Below, piece by piece: positions 41,666 to 55,420 of a DNA stretch of 64,000 nt. Numbering within the stretch: the first letter of the stretch is position 1; every line of letters begins with the position of its first letter. The notes beneath the pieces were generated by a model. It was not told the origin of the DNA and searched no databases. It saw nothing but the letters and a program-made list of their open reading frames with translations. The translations under genes and the position numbers were made by a program. The stretch comes from Eledone cirrhosa. Taxonomy: Eukaryota. The DNA lies in contig OZ024740.1 in assembly GCA_964016885.1 (NCBI GenBank), positions 323,578,001 through 323,642,000 of the forward strand. Reading direction: 5' to 3'.

Positions 41666-44600
41666 GAATATAGACATAGAATATTCGAAAATATTCTGTA
41701 TGTTTATAATAAACATTTTGAAGACCTAATCGCTATAGAATAGAATACGTCACGTATTACAATTAGATTCTCGATAAAAGCAAGGGAAGTAATCTACGCG
41801 TTTCATTCTTGTTAGAATTCATCAGGACTACATATCCAGTGCTTTTATCGAGAATGACACAGCTAGAGACTTATAGAATACTTAGCTGTGTACAGGAACT
41901 GGTTTGAAAGAGCGGTTGCCGGTCCGGCAGAAATTAGAAATTGGAATAAATGCTCTGAAATAGCGATATATATGTGAATATAGACATAGAATATTCGAAA
42001 ATATTCTGTATGTTTATAATAAACATTTTGAAGACCTAATCGCTATAGAATAGAATACGTCACGTATTACAATTAGATTCTCGATAAAAGCAAGGGAAGT
42101 AATCTACGCGTTTCATTCTTGTTAGAATTCATCAGGACTACATATCCAGTGCTTTTATCGAGAATGACACAGCTAGAGACTTATAGAATACTTAGCTGTG
42201 TACAGGAACTGGTTTGAAAGAGCGGTTGCCGGTCCGGCAGAAATTAGAAATTGGAATAAATGCTCTGAAATAGCGATATATATGTGAATATAGACATAGA
42301 ATATTCGAAAATATTCTGTATGTTTATAATAAACATTTTGAAGACCTAATCGCTATAGAATAGAATACGTCACGTATTACAATTAGATTCTCGATAAAAG
42401 CAAGGGAAGTAATCTACGCGTTTCATTCTTGTTAGAATTCATCAGGACTACATATCCAGTGCTTTTATCGAGAATGACACAGCTAGAGACTTATAGAATA
42501 CTTAGCTGTGTACAGGAACTGGTTTGAAAGAGCGGTTGCCGGTCCGGCAGAAATTAGAAATTGGAATAAATGCTCTGAAATAGCGATATATATGTGAATA
42601 TAGACATAGAATATTCGAAAATATTCTGTATGTTTATAATAAACATTTTGAAGACCTAATCGCTATAGAATAGAATACGTCACGTATTACAATTAGATTC
42701 TCGATAAAAGCAAGGGAAGTAATCTACGCGTTTCATTCTTGTTAGAATTCATCAGGACTACATATCCAGTGCTTTTATCGAGAATGACACAGCTAGAGAC
42801 TTATAGAATACTTAGCTGTGTACAGGAACTGGTTTGAAAGAGCGGTTGCCGGTCCGGCAGAAATTAGAAATTGGAATAAATGCTCTGAAATAGCGATATA
42901 TATGTGAATATAGACATAGAATATTCGAAAATATTCTGTATGTTTATAATAAACATTTTGAAGACCTAATCGCTATAGAATAGAATACGTCACGTATTAC
43001 AATTAGATTCTCGATAAAAGCAAGGGAAGTAATCTACGCGTTTCATTCTTGTTAGAATTCATCAGGACTACATATCCAGTGCTTTTATCGAGAATGACAC
43101 AGCTAGAGACTTATAGAATACTTAGCTGTGTACAGGAACTGGTTTGAAAGAGCGGTTGCCGGTCCGGCAGAAATTAGAAATTGGAATAAATGCTCTGAAA
43201 TAGCGATATATATGTGAATATAGACATAGAATATTCGAAAATATTCTGTATGTTTATAATAAACATTTTGAAGACCTAATCGCTATAGAATAGAATACGT
43301 CACGTATTACAATTAGATTCTCGATAAAAGCAAGGGAAGTAATCTACGCGTTTCATTCTTGTTAGAATTCATCAGGACTACATATCCAGTGCTTTTATCG
43401 AGAATGACACAGCTAGAGACTTATAGAATACTTAGCTGTGTACAGGAACTGGTTTGAAAGAGCGGTTGCCGGTCCGGCAGAAATTAGAAATTGGAATAAA
43501 TGCTCTGAAATAGCGATATATATGTGAATATAGACATAGAATATTCGAAAATATTCTGTATGTTTATAATAAACATTTTGAAGACCTAATCGCTATAGAA
43601 TAGAATACGTCACGTATTACAATTAGATTCTCGATAAAAGCAAGGGAAGTAATCTACGCGTTTCATTCTTGTTAGAATTCATCAGGACTACATATCCAGT
43701 GCTTTTATCGAGAATGACACAGCTAGAGACTTATAGAATACTTAGCTGTGTACAGGAACTGGTTTGAAAGAGCGGTTGCCGGTCCGGCAGAAATTAGAAA
43801 TTGGAATAAATGCTCTGAAATAGCGATATATATGTGAATATAGACATAGAATATTCGAAAATATTCTGTATGTTTATAATAAACATTTTGAAGACCTAAT
43901 CGCTATAGAATAGAATACGTCACGTATTACAATTAGATTCTCGATAAAAGCAAGGGAAGTAATCTACGCGTTTCATTCTTGTTAGAATTCATCAGGACTA
44001 CATATCCAGTGCTTTTATCGAGAATGACACAGCTAGAGACTTATAGAATACTTAGCTGTGTACAGGAACTGGTTTGAAAGAGCGGTTGCCGGTCCGGCAG
44101 AAATTAGAAATTGGAATAAATGCTCTGAAATAGCGATATATATGTGAATATAGACATAGAATATTCGAAAATATTCTGTATGTTTATAATAAACATTTTG
44201 AAGACCTAATCGCTATAGAATAGAATACGTCACGTATTACAATTAGATTCTCGATAAAAGCAAGGGAAGTAATCTACGCGTTTCATTCTTGTTAGAATTC
44301 ATCAGGACTACATATCCAGTGCTTTTATCGAGAATGACACAGCTAGAGACTTATAGAATACTTAGCTGTGTACAGGAACTGGTTTGAAAGAGCGGTTGCC
44401 GGTCCGGCAGAAATTAGAAATTGGAATAAATGCTCTGAAATAGCGATATATATGTGAATATAGACATAGAATATTCGAAAATATTCTGTATGTTTATAAT
44501 AAACATTTTGAAGACCTAATCGCTATAGAATAGAATACGTCACGTATTACAATTAGATTCTCGATAAAAGCAAGGGAAGTAATCTACGCGTTTCATTCTT

Positions 44601-44786
44601 GTTAGAATTCATCAGGACTACATATCCAGTGCTTTTATCGAGAATGACACAGCTAGAGACTTATAGAATACTTAGCTGTGTACAGGAACTGGTTTGAAAG
44701 AGCGGTTGCCGGTCCGGCAGAAATTAGAAATTGGAATAAATGCTCTGAAATAGCGATATATATGTGAATATAGACATAGAATATTC
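41666..44786 (-). repeat. 310-bp HHR-bearing tandem array, left arm (10 full units plus about 20 bp)
   Basis: gaatatagacatag at 41666, 41976, ... 44766; HHR on the minus strand at 41789-41831 + 310k (k=0..9). Confidence 0.95.
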
Positions 44787-47385
44787 TATTCTATAGCGAT
44801 TAGGTCTTCAAAATGTTTATTATAAACATACAGAATATTTTCGAATATTCTATGTCTATATTCACATATATATCGCTATTTCAGAGCATTTATTCCAATT
44901 TCTAATTTCTGCCGGACCGGCAACCGCTCTTTCAAACCAGTTCCTGTACACAGCTAAGTATTCTATAAGTCTCTAGCTGTGTCATTCTCGATAAAAGCAC
45001 TGGATATGTAGTCCTGATGAATTCTAACAAGAATGAAACGCGTAGATTACTTCCCTTGCTTTTATCGAGAATCTAATTGTAATACGTGACGTATTCTATT
45101 CTATAGCGATTAGGTCTTCAAAATGTTTATTATAAACATACAGAATATTTTCGAATATTCTATGTCTATATTCACATATATATCGCTATTTCAGAGCATT
45201 TATTCCAATTTCTAATTTCTGCCGGACCGGCAACCGCTCTTTCAAACCAGTTCCTGTACACAGCTAAGTATTCTATAAGTCTCTAGCTGTGTCATTCTCG
45301 ATAAAAGCACTGGATATGTAGTCCTGATGAATTCTAACAAGAATGAAACGCGTAGATTACTTCCCTTGCTTTTATCGAGAATCTAATTGTAATACGTGAC
45401 GTATTCTATTCTATAGCGATTAGGTCTTCAAAATGTTTATTATAAACATACAGAATATTTTCGAATATTCTATGTCTATATTCACATATATATCGCTATT
45501 TCAGAGCATTTATTCCAATTTCTAATTTCTGCCGGACCGGCAACCGCTCTTTCAAACCAGTTCCTGTACACAGCTAAGTATTCTATAAGTCTCTAGCTGT
45601 GTCATTCTCGATAAAAGCACTGGATATGTAGTCCTGATGAATTCTAACAAGAATGAAACGCGTAGATTACTTCCCTTGCTTTTATCGAGAATCTAATTGT
45701 AATACGTGACGTATTCTATTCTATAGCGATTAGGTCTTCAAAATGTTTATTATAAACATACAGAATATTTTCGAATATTCTATGTCTATATTCACATATA
45801 TATCGCTATTTCAGAGCATTTATTCCAATTTCTAATTTCTGCCGGACCGGCAACCGCTCTTTCAAACCAGTTCCTGTACACAGCTAAGTATTCTATAAGT
45901 CTCTAGCTGTGTCATTCTCGATAAAAGCACTGGATATGTAGTCCTGATGAATTCTAACAAGAATGAAACGCGTAGATTACTTCCCTTGCTTTTATCGAGA
46001 ATCTAATTGTAATACGTGACGTATTCTATTCTATAGCGATTAGGTCTTCAAAATGTTTATTATAAACATACAGAATATTTTCGAATATTCTATGTCTATA
46101 TTCACATATATATCGCTATTTCAGAGCATTTATTCCAATTTCTAATTTCTGCCGGACCGGCAACCGCTCTTTCAAACCAGTTCCTGTACACAGCTAAGTA
46201 TTCTATAAGTCTCTAGCTGTGTCATTCTCGATAAAAGCACTGGATATGTAGTCCTGATGAATTCTAACAAGAATGAAACGCGTAGATTACTTCCCTTGCT
46301 TTTATCGAGAATCTAATTGTAATACGTGACGTATTCTATTCTATAGCGATTAGGTCTTCAAAATGTTTATTATAAACATACAGAATATTTTCGAATATTC
46401 TATGTCTATATTCACATATATATCGCTATTTCAGAGCATTTATTCCAATTTCTAATTTCTGCCGGACCGGCAACCGCTCTTTCAAACCAGTTCCTGTACA
46501 CAGCTAAGTATTCTATAAGTCTCTAGCTGTGTCATTCTCGATAAAAGCACTGGATATGTAGTCCTGATGAATTCTAACAAGAATGAAACGCGTAGATTAC
46601 TTCCCTTGCTTTTATCGAGAATCTAATTGTAATACGTGACGTATTCTATTCTATAGCGATTAGGTCTTCAAAATGTTTATTATAAACATACAGAATATTT
46701 TCGAATATTCTATGTCTATATTCACATATATATCGCTATTTCAGAGCATTTATTCCAATTTCTAATTTCTGCCGGACCGGCAACCGCTCTTTCAAACCAG
46801 TTCCTGTACACAGCTAAGTATTCTATAAGTCTCTAGCTGTGTCATTCTCGATAAAAGCACTGGATATGTAGTCCTGATGAATTCTAACAAGAATGAAACG
46901 CGTAGATTACTTCCCTTGCTTTTATCGAGAATCTAATTGTAATACGTGACGTATTCTATTCTATAGCGATTAGGTCTTCAAAATGTTTATTATAAACATA
47001 CAGAATATTTTCGAATATTCTATGTCTATATTCACATATATATCGCTATTTCAGAGCATTTATTCCAATTTCTAATTTCTGCCGGACCGGCAACCGCTCT
47101 TTCAAACCAGTTCCTGTACACAGCTAAGTATTCTATAAGTCTCTAGCTGTGTCATTCTCGATAAAAGCACTGGATATGTAGTCCTGATGAATTCTAACAA
47201 GAATGAAACGCGTAGATTACTTCCCTTGCTTTTATCGAGAATCTAATTGTAATACGTGACGTATTCTATTCTATAGCGATTAGGTCTTCAAAATGTTTAT
47301 TATAAACATACAGAATATTTTCGAATATTCTATGTCTATATTCACATATATATCGCTATTTCAGAGCATTTATTCCAATTTCTAA
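44782..47385 (+). repeat. 310-bp HHR-bearing tandem array, inverted right arm (about 8.4 units)
   Basis: Reverse complement of the left-arm unit; HHR at 45008-45050 + 310k (k=0..7). Confidence 0.95.
45008..45050 (+). ncRNA. Minimal type I hammerhead ribozyme of the 310-nt monomer (18 copies in total)
   Basis: gtagtc-CTGATGA(45014-45020)-attc-taacaa-gaat-GAAA(45035-45038)-cgcg-TA-gattac; stem I 6 bp (1 G-U), stem II 4 bp, palindromic ACGCGT; GUA site after 45044. Confidence 0.9.
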
Positions 47386-47403
47386 TATGTATATATATAT
47401 ATG

Positions 47404-47455
<52 letters not shown>

Positions 47456-47456
47456 C

Positions 47457-47525
<69 letters not shown>

Positions 47526-47526
47526 G

Positions 47527-47641
<115 letters not shown>

Positions 47642-47755
47642 TACATATATATATATACATACATACATACATACATACATACATACATACATACATACAT
47701 ACATACATACATACATGCATGCATACATACATACATACATACATACATACATACA

Positions 47756-47803
<48 letters not shown>

Positions 47804-48233
47804 GTAATAAATTTGAAGACTAAAATCCAAAGAGGGCTCGATAAGGATAAATATATATCAAATATAATAGAACCGTAGACCAAATAGAGTTTCAGAAGAT
47901 CCCGTTAAGGGTGAACGCAGCGATTCTTTGCTTAAACTTTAATCTGTTATTTTAATATATATATATATCATCATCATTCTTCGACTACTGTCGAGATGAC
48001 GGATCTCACTCTCATGCCCCAGAATTCCCTGTCCCACATCGCTGCCCCCAGGTCCTGTTTACTGATTCCCGTATCCCTAGAGATCATTCTGATCAGAAAC
48101 AGGACCCGGGAAAGCAGGGGCTGGACCTATATCAACAGGTATACCATATAGTGTGGTTCCTTGGCTGTCAAATTCTTTCACATGTGTGTAGTAGTGGCGC
48201 CCACACACATTATTAGCTATTTGAAAAGATGAT

Positions 48234-48267
<34 letters not shown>

Positions 48268-48569
48268 GGGGTAACAGATAATAGTTAAATGCAGTCCACC
48301 TAGGTAAAGTCCAGTTATGGTATTCCAGGTAGTGGATGATATTAACGCTTGGCTTGGTTTGACTCAACAAGGCGTTTTCATAGTGATGCTGCCGGTATGC
48401 CGTAATTCCTATGTTGTAAACACTTGGAGTAATAATAAATCAGGAAAATAGGTTGACATGGTTTGCTATACAAAAAAGGTTTAATCACATAGCTTACATT
48501 TGTTTCACTGAGCTGGTAGGTCTAGAGATCGCTATTCGCTTATTTTCGCGTTACTCGATATATATATAT

Positions 48570-48759
48570 GAACGAGTAGGACCCCGACGGGTCAGCTCAA
48601 GCCGTTTGGACGGCTAATTCTGGACTAAAATCAAGCTGTCGAAACGGCTTGAGCTGAGCCGTCGGTGTCCTACTCATTCCTATTACCCACTCTACTACCC
48701 TAAGTATTGAGTACTTTGGTGCGTTATGGTCTACCTGGTTCCTTACCACATTTCCTTCG

Positions 48760-48762
<3 letters not shown>
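48570..48762 (+). mobile_element. Fold-back element family H, copy 4
   Basis: Same sequence as the 40187 copy, with a small deletion near the loop. Confidence 0.7.
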
Positions 48763-48830
<68 letters not shown>

Positions 48831-49581
48831 AATATATATGTGTGTGTGTATATATATATACATATATGTGTGTATGTTTCTATGCGTGAGTTTGGGGGAG
48901 AGAGAGAGATAATGTGATGCTCTGCTGTTTATAGTTTACCGTTTATGTCGTTTATGTCATTTTACATTAGTAAACAATAAACAATCAACAAACAAAAATC
49001 CACCCCAAAACATTTTAGAACTCGTTATTACTTTACTGATCTCATTTTCATATTTGCTAATTCTTCTCTTCGATTTAACAACCTCGATTCCTTGGCGAAG
49101 TTTTTGGCGATGTTTTAGTCTTAAATTATTTCTGCCAATCTGATTTATCCTTTCTTTCTTTCCATCCATAAGAAACTGCTTATCGTTATTTTCATTTTCC
49201 TGCTTATTATTTTTTTTCCTTCCATGGTCGCTTATGTGATTTTTACTTCTTGTTTAAGATTTAATGTTCCTGCTCTACGCTATAACATCTAGTGTTAACA
49301 TTAATGCGCTCTTGTATGTCAATTAAACATTGCTTTATATACGTACTTTACTGTTTAAATATTAAAATATCGTGAAATATCACCTGTCATTTATGGTATT
49401 CAATTTACTACCGAAAAAAAACGAATGTCTATATTAGGTCCCATCGTAGAGTTTTATAGCTTTCGTCACGTAAATCTGTTGTGAAGATCTAAACCTCTTA
49501 GAGACAACCCAGTGTTTACACAAGTAATTGTAAAAATCTACATGAATGTATATATATATATATATATAATCATTCTCTCTC

Positions 49582-49690
<109 letters not shown>

Positions 49691-50376
49691 CTATAACTAT
49701 TTCTAGCGCTATTGATGTTATCTCCTGAGCCAATATGTAATTTTAAGCTATAATTTTGATAGACCGTGTGTAGACATGGTGTTGGTATTTAGGGAATGTT
49801 ATTTTTATATACAGTTCATATAGTGTCGGATCTCCGTCGGTTCCGACGATGAGTGTTCTAGTTAATTTGATCAACAGAACAGTTGCTTGTGAAATTCCCA
49901 TCATTGGCTGAGTATTCCACAGATATCTGTATTTTTAAAGTAGTCCTCAGGGTGATTCAGCGAGGTTGGCTTTTTGAATAATATTCCAGTTTGATTATAG
50001 GTGCAGCCCGCTATTTAAATGAATTTTCAAGTGAATGAGCATTCCACAAACGAGTAGACACCTAATATAATTCTCAGGGAAATGCAACATGACTTCGTAC
50101 GACAAATCTGGTCTTCTGAATTCCAAATAGATCCGCATGAGACAGACTTCCAATCCGTTTCCGCCTACCTAATATCACTCACATGGCATGGATAGACGAG
50201 GAGCTAGGGTAAATGACACTTAACCAAAATGCCACGCAAGGGGATCTAAAATAAGAAGTAATAAGGGTGACGCGGACATCTTAACCATTCGGTTATGCTG
50301 CATACACTGGATAACTAACAAAGGTTTGGTTGTCTTTGTTATCAAATGCAAATTATAAAACTGTTGCAACTGTGAC

Positions 50377-50458
50377 GAAGAAGAAGAAGAAGAAGAAGAA
50401 GAAGAAGAAGAAGAAGAAGAAGAAGAAGAAGAAGAAGAAGAAGAAGAAGAAGAAGAAG

Positions 50459-50488
<30 letters not shown>
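50377..50488. repeat. (GAA)n microsatellite
   Basis: Directly visible. Confidence 0.95.
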
Positions 50489-50489
<1 letters not shown>

Positions 50490-51137
50490 TAGAGACGCTC
50501 AGTGTGAAGGGGAGAGGTTAGATTAAAAGAATAACTGTTGAGCCTAACACCAGTGGATAATAGCCTTGTCATTTGTTGGGCCTAAATCTTATATACAAAG
50601 ACTGTAGTTGGACCTAACCTGTGTATAAAGACTCTCTCTGTAGATGGTGTTATTATACAGTTGAAGAAGTTTCTAATAAGTGAGGGCTGTCCTTGTGAAG
50701 ATTTAATTTTATTTTAAAAGAAATGAATCTTAGAAATCAACATATATTTTAAATAGAATATCCGAAGGGATGGCATTACCATGTTGGTGCGATTAGAGGA
50801 TGTTATTTAGAAACACATATACTTTTTATTGAGGCACCGATTATATTTAAGGAGAGTTAACACTTGTGATAGCAGATGTTTCTATGGAAAATCAGGTGAT
50901 GTCGAGATTGTTTGAGATATAATTGTTATGCCAGCAAAAATGAGCTCCGAAATTTCTAACGGTGGTACGGAATAACATAAAGATGTACACATATGCTGAA
51001 TACTTATTTATATCTAATAAAAGGGGGCTGTAACGAGATTACGATAGATATAAAGGGTTGCTAAGTATGTATTCCTGGTTCAGATATTAAGTTACATAAC
51101 ACTGTTATAAACTAGCAATCATTATTATATATCTCCA

Positions 51138-51330
51138 GGGCGGTGAATTGGCAGTATCGGTAGAGGGTCGGACGCCATGCTTTGACACATAGAGTTACGG
51201 CCCTTGCCATTCAGTGTTCAAATCCCGCCGAGGTTAACTTTGCTTTTCATCCTTACGGGGTCGATAAAATAAAGTACCAGTAATGTACTGGTAAATTGCT
51301 GGCCTTGTGCCTAAAGTAGAAACAATTATT
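51138..51330 (+). mobile_element. SINE family A, full length, with probable TSD
   Basis: attattatatatctcca precedes the element (51121-51137) and recurs at its 3' end (51325-51341). Confidence 0.9.
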
Positions 51331-51861
51331 ATATATCTCCAATTCATTCAACTAGGGATAGTAGGCTATTTCATAAAAGACTTCAGTAAAGCCAATATAG
51401 AAGTTATCAAGAGAATGTTTATAATTATACTTGTGGATATGCAAGAGAATTGTATGGATATATTGCAGGATTTTATATATATATATGTGCAGGGGCAGAA
51501 CGATTGATGTTAATGAAAATGATTGCATCAGACGTGCTTGGTATCAAACACAAACATGGCAGACGATAGCTATTCAGTGGATCTAAAGAAAGGTTTTCGC
51601 ATCTCTGCAGTTGAAGAGTGATTGGATTTAATGAAAAATCTTCCGTGTAGGCGAACGAAAGAGTAGATTTCAATGGGGAGATGAGATTCTTCAAAATATA
51701 TAATATTCCCAAATTAAATGCCGTAAGTGTTTGTGTAACAAAGTTTTTCTAAGATGAAAGATTAGGCTCCTTCAATAAATTATAGTGTTTGTCAGATAGG
51801 AACGAATGGATGGATTTCAAATAGAGTAATGCCTAAATACGTGCATACATATATACATACA

Positions 51862-51900
<39 letters not shown>

Positions 51901-52312
51901 GTACACACATACATATATATGTGCGTGCGGATATGTATGTATATACGCATATATATTATATATATATATTTATATATATACACACACACTTGGACAGACA
52001 TGTATGCGCGCATATACATATATATATGTGTGTGTGTGTGTGTGCAGAGAGAGAGACGATTTAGATCAATATCCAGTGATTATATATATATATCCACACA
52101 CATTTACAAACACACACCTCCACGGACATATATATGTGCATGTATAGTGGTGTGTTCTTGGTTCCTAAAACAACAAATATTAACTGAAGAAACCTCTCAA
52201 TGCAAGCTATACTGTCAAATGCATATAAACTGACTTTCACCGCAGATGTTTATCAAACGGCAAAACCTTAAATTCATAGTCGACTTTCTTTTTTTCAATA
52301 TATATATATATA

Positions 52313-52427
52313 CAGGGTGCCCCCCCCCCTCCCCCACGACCACCAAAATGTATACACACCTTGATTACCTGTACTGGCAATGTTTATTAGAATGCTGTTG
52401 AATTATGTATACTTATTGGGGAGCACC

Positions 52428-52430
<3 letters not shown>
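52313..52430. mobile_element. Small Tc1/mariner-type MITE
   Basis: cagggtgc...gcaccctg termini flanked by TA; related ends at 35374-35420 and 40447-40490. Confidence 0.6.
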
Positions 52431-52463
<33 letters not shown>

Positions 52464-52590
52464 GCAGCGATTCTTTGCTTAACTTTAATCTGTTATTTAA
52501 TAAATATTTGTTCTACGGTTCTTATATATTTGATATATATTTATCCTTATCGAGCCCTCTTTGGATTTTAGTCTTCAAATTTATTATCAT

Positions 52591-52671
<81 letters not shown>

Positions 52672-52896
52672 CATACGGACTGGGTAACCATGACTGCACG
52701 AATGTGTATATAAATATGCATATATTTAATATGTAAACATGACAGAAAATACGAATTTCACTGAAAATTAGGAAAATGATAATCACCTTTAATAAATATG
52801 TGTATATTTATATACAAATTGGTACAGTCTCGGTCATCCACTCTGTATGTATACAGAGATAACTTTCTCGTACACATGGGCTGCTAGCGCACTTCT

Positions 52897-52968
<72 letters not shown>

Positions 52969-53634
52969 GAAATGGCTGTGTAGTTGCTATTTAAGATAAC
53001 TTAAAATGCAGTGGGAATACGAAGAGAGCAAGAACAGGGGGGGGGGGGCTCATCAGTTGTCTACTGGGGTCTAGGATATTTCTACGCTTTAAAGACAAGA
53101 TATCACTTCACCCCAGGGCGTCAATAACTGGATAAGTTATTGGAAAAACGAAGGAAGGAGGGAAGGAAAGCAAAGGGGAAGAAAAGAGAAACAGTAACAA
53201 AACAGCGAAAAAAAAACACAGACCGAGCAATGTGCGAGCAACTATAGGTAGGAAATCCAAGCAACTATAGGTAGGAAATCCAAGCAACTATAGGTAGGAA
53301 ATCCACTCGATAAAAGAACTTAAGTTCGAGATTGAGTAATCGAGAGAAACAAGACACATGTCCGATCGCTGCAGTTGTAAGTGAGAAGAGAATTGCTAAA
53401 CGGTCAGACGAGGGGGTGAAAGTGAAAGGGAGAAAAGGAGAGGAAGAAAGTGGGGTAAGAGTAGATAGGGAGAAGGGGAGAGGAAGAAAGAGGGGTGAGA
53501 GTAGAAAGTGGCGAAATAGGAAGGTAGAAGGGGAGAGAAGAATGGTCACAGCGGAAAACATGATGAAATATATGGAGAATAGAAATGGCTGTGTAGTTGA
53601 TATTTAAGGTAACTTAAAATGCAGTGGGAATACG

Positions 53635-53684
<50 letters not shown>

Positions 53685-53824
53685 TTATTTATTTATTAAA
53701 ATAACAGATTAAAGTTTAAGTAAAGAATCGCTGCTTTCACCCTAAACGGTGTATGTATATATATATATATATTTCGTTTCTGAATTTGTTTAGCAAGATT
53801 CTTTATCTGAAAACGTGTGTTGAA

Positions 53825-53936
<112 letters not shown>

Positions 53937-54298
53937 ATGTATATATATATATGTACAGAGATGGGGAGAACAAAAGTTAGAGAGGGGAGGTAGAGGGAGC
54001 GAGAGGGGTAGACAGATAGATAAGTAGGTAGGTAGATGCATAAATATCGTGTATTAGTGTGTAACGTTGAGTTACTGATGGTTCATTAGTTTGAGCATTC
54101 ATTGATAAAATGTGGTTCTGCCTACCGATGTGGGATCCTACGTTTGGACCTTCACTATGCTCCGTAAGATGAAGTGTGTTAATAATAATAAGGAGCAGGA
54201 TCCAGGTATTAATAAGACATCAATAGTTTCCTTTATACTTATGAATAAATATATTGATGGTTCATTCCTGATCGATTAAATATATATACATTAAATAT

Positions 54299-55165
54299 AG
54301 ATATATTAGATATGTCTCATATGAAATAATACAGCCAATTTTCCACGCAATACTTTTAGTTAGCACCCCGAACGCATAATTGGGAATATAATGACATATT
54401 TCATAATGTTTGTTGAGTGAGTTGGAATTTGGCCGGAGTATCGCTAAAAAGCTTTCTCCGATATTGTATTCATTTATTTACTCTTGGAGCTACAGATTTG
54501 AAAAAATTCCCGGTATAAGGTCAGCATTTCTTTGTTTATTTTTCATATATGAATATTGATTGTTCCTTATATCTCATTCTGTTATTTTGCCCGAGAAAAT
54601 ATCTGTGTGTCATCAAATGTTGTACACACATAGATATTTTTTCAATTTCCAATTGAGTTCTTAGCACGTGGCCTGAATTCCTTTCAGAATTCATTGTCAT
54701 GCGCATGTATTGTTTTTTTGGCGGTTATTTACTTCCTCATTTTTTAAATCAGTTTGAGCACTTCTTTAAAACTGCTGGACTGGCAACCTGACAGATACCT
54801 CAGGCACAGTGGATGATGATTATCGCTAAATACTGATGTTGGTTAGATTATCAATATTAGTATTATTGGGGCACCCACTGATGAATTATAGGAGCCCACT
54901 TGAATATATATCTATTGATGATATACAAGCTCCTACATAAATTGGTATAATTTCACCCAAATTGTAGGAATCCTATAATGAAACGAGACGTCCGTCTGGG
55001 AAGAGATATATTAGATATGTCTCATATGAAATAATACAGCCAATTTTCCACGCAATACTTTTAGTTAGCACCCCAAACGCATAATTGCGAATATAATCAC
55101 TTATTTCCTAATGTTTGTTGAGTGAGTTGGAATTTGGCCGCGCTAAAAAGCTTTCTCCGATATTG

Positions 55166-55170
<5 letters not shown>
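54299..55170 (+). mobile_element. About 705-bp HHR-bearing unit with ~165-bp terminal direct repeat
   Basis: agatatattagatatgtctc at 54299 and 55004; HHR at 54874-55000; 3' end joins (TA)n. Confidence 0.8.
54874..55000 (+). ncRNA. Type I HHR with extended stem II
   Basis: ccca-CTGATGA(54878-54884)-attatagga...tcctataat-GAAA-cg-agacgtc-cg-TC-tggg; GUC site after 54996. Confidence 0.85.
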
Positions 55171-55243
<73 letters not shown>

Positions 55244-55276
55244 TGCCAATTAAGTTGAAATTAGAAAAGTAAGGTT

Positions 55277-55315
<39 letters not shown>

Positions 55316-55420
55316 GGAAAAAATGAAACAAAATTTCATTTCCGACTCTTAGTACTACTGTACGTCTGTATAGATATATGTATGTACGTGTACATACTTA
55401 TATATATATATATATATATA

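Noticed and set aside
41666-47385. CRISPR array or 5S/tRNA gene cluster
   Set aside because: The units are entirely repeated with no unique spacers, there are no cas genes, and there is no 5S or tRNA structure.
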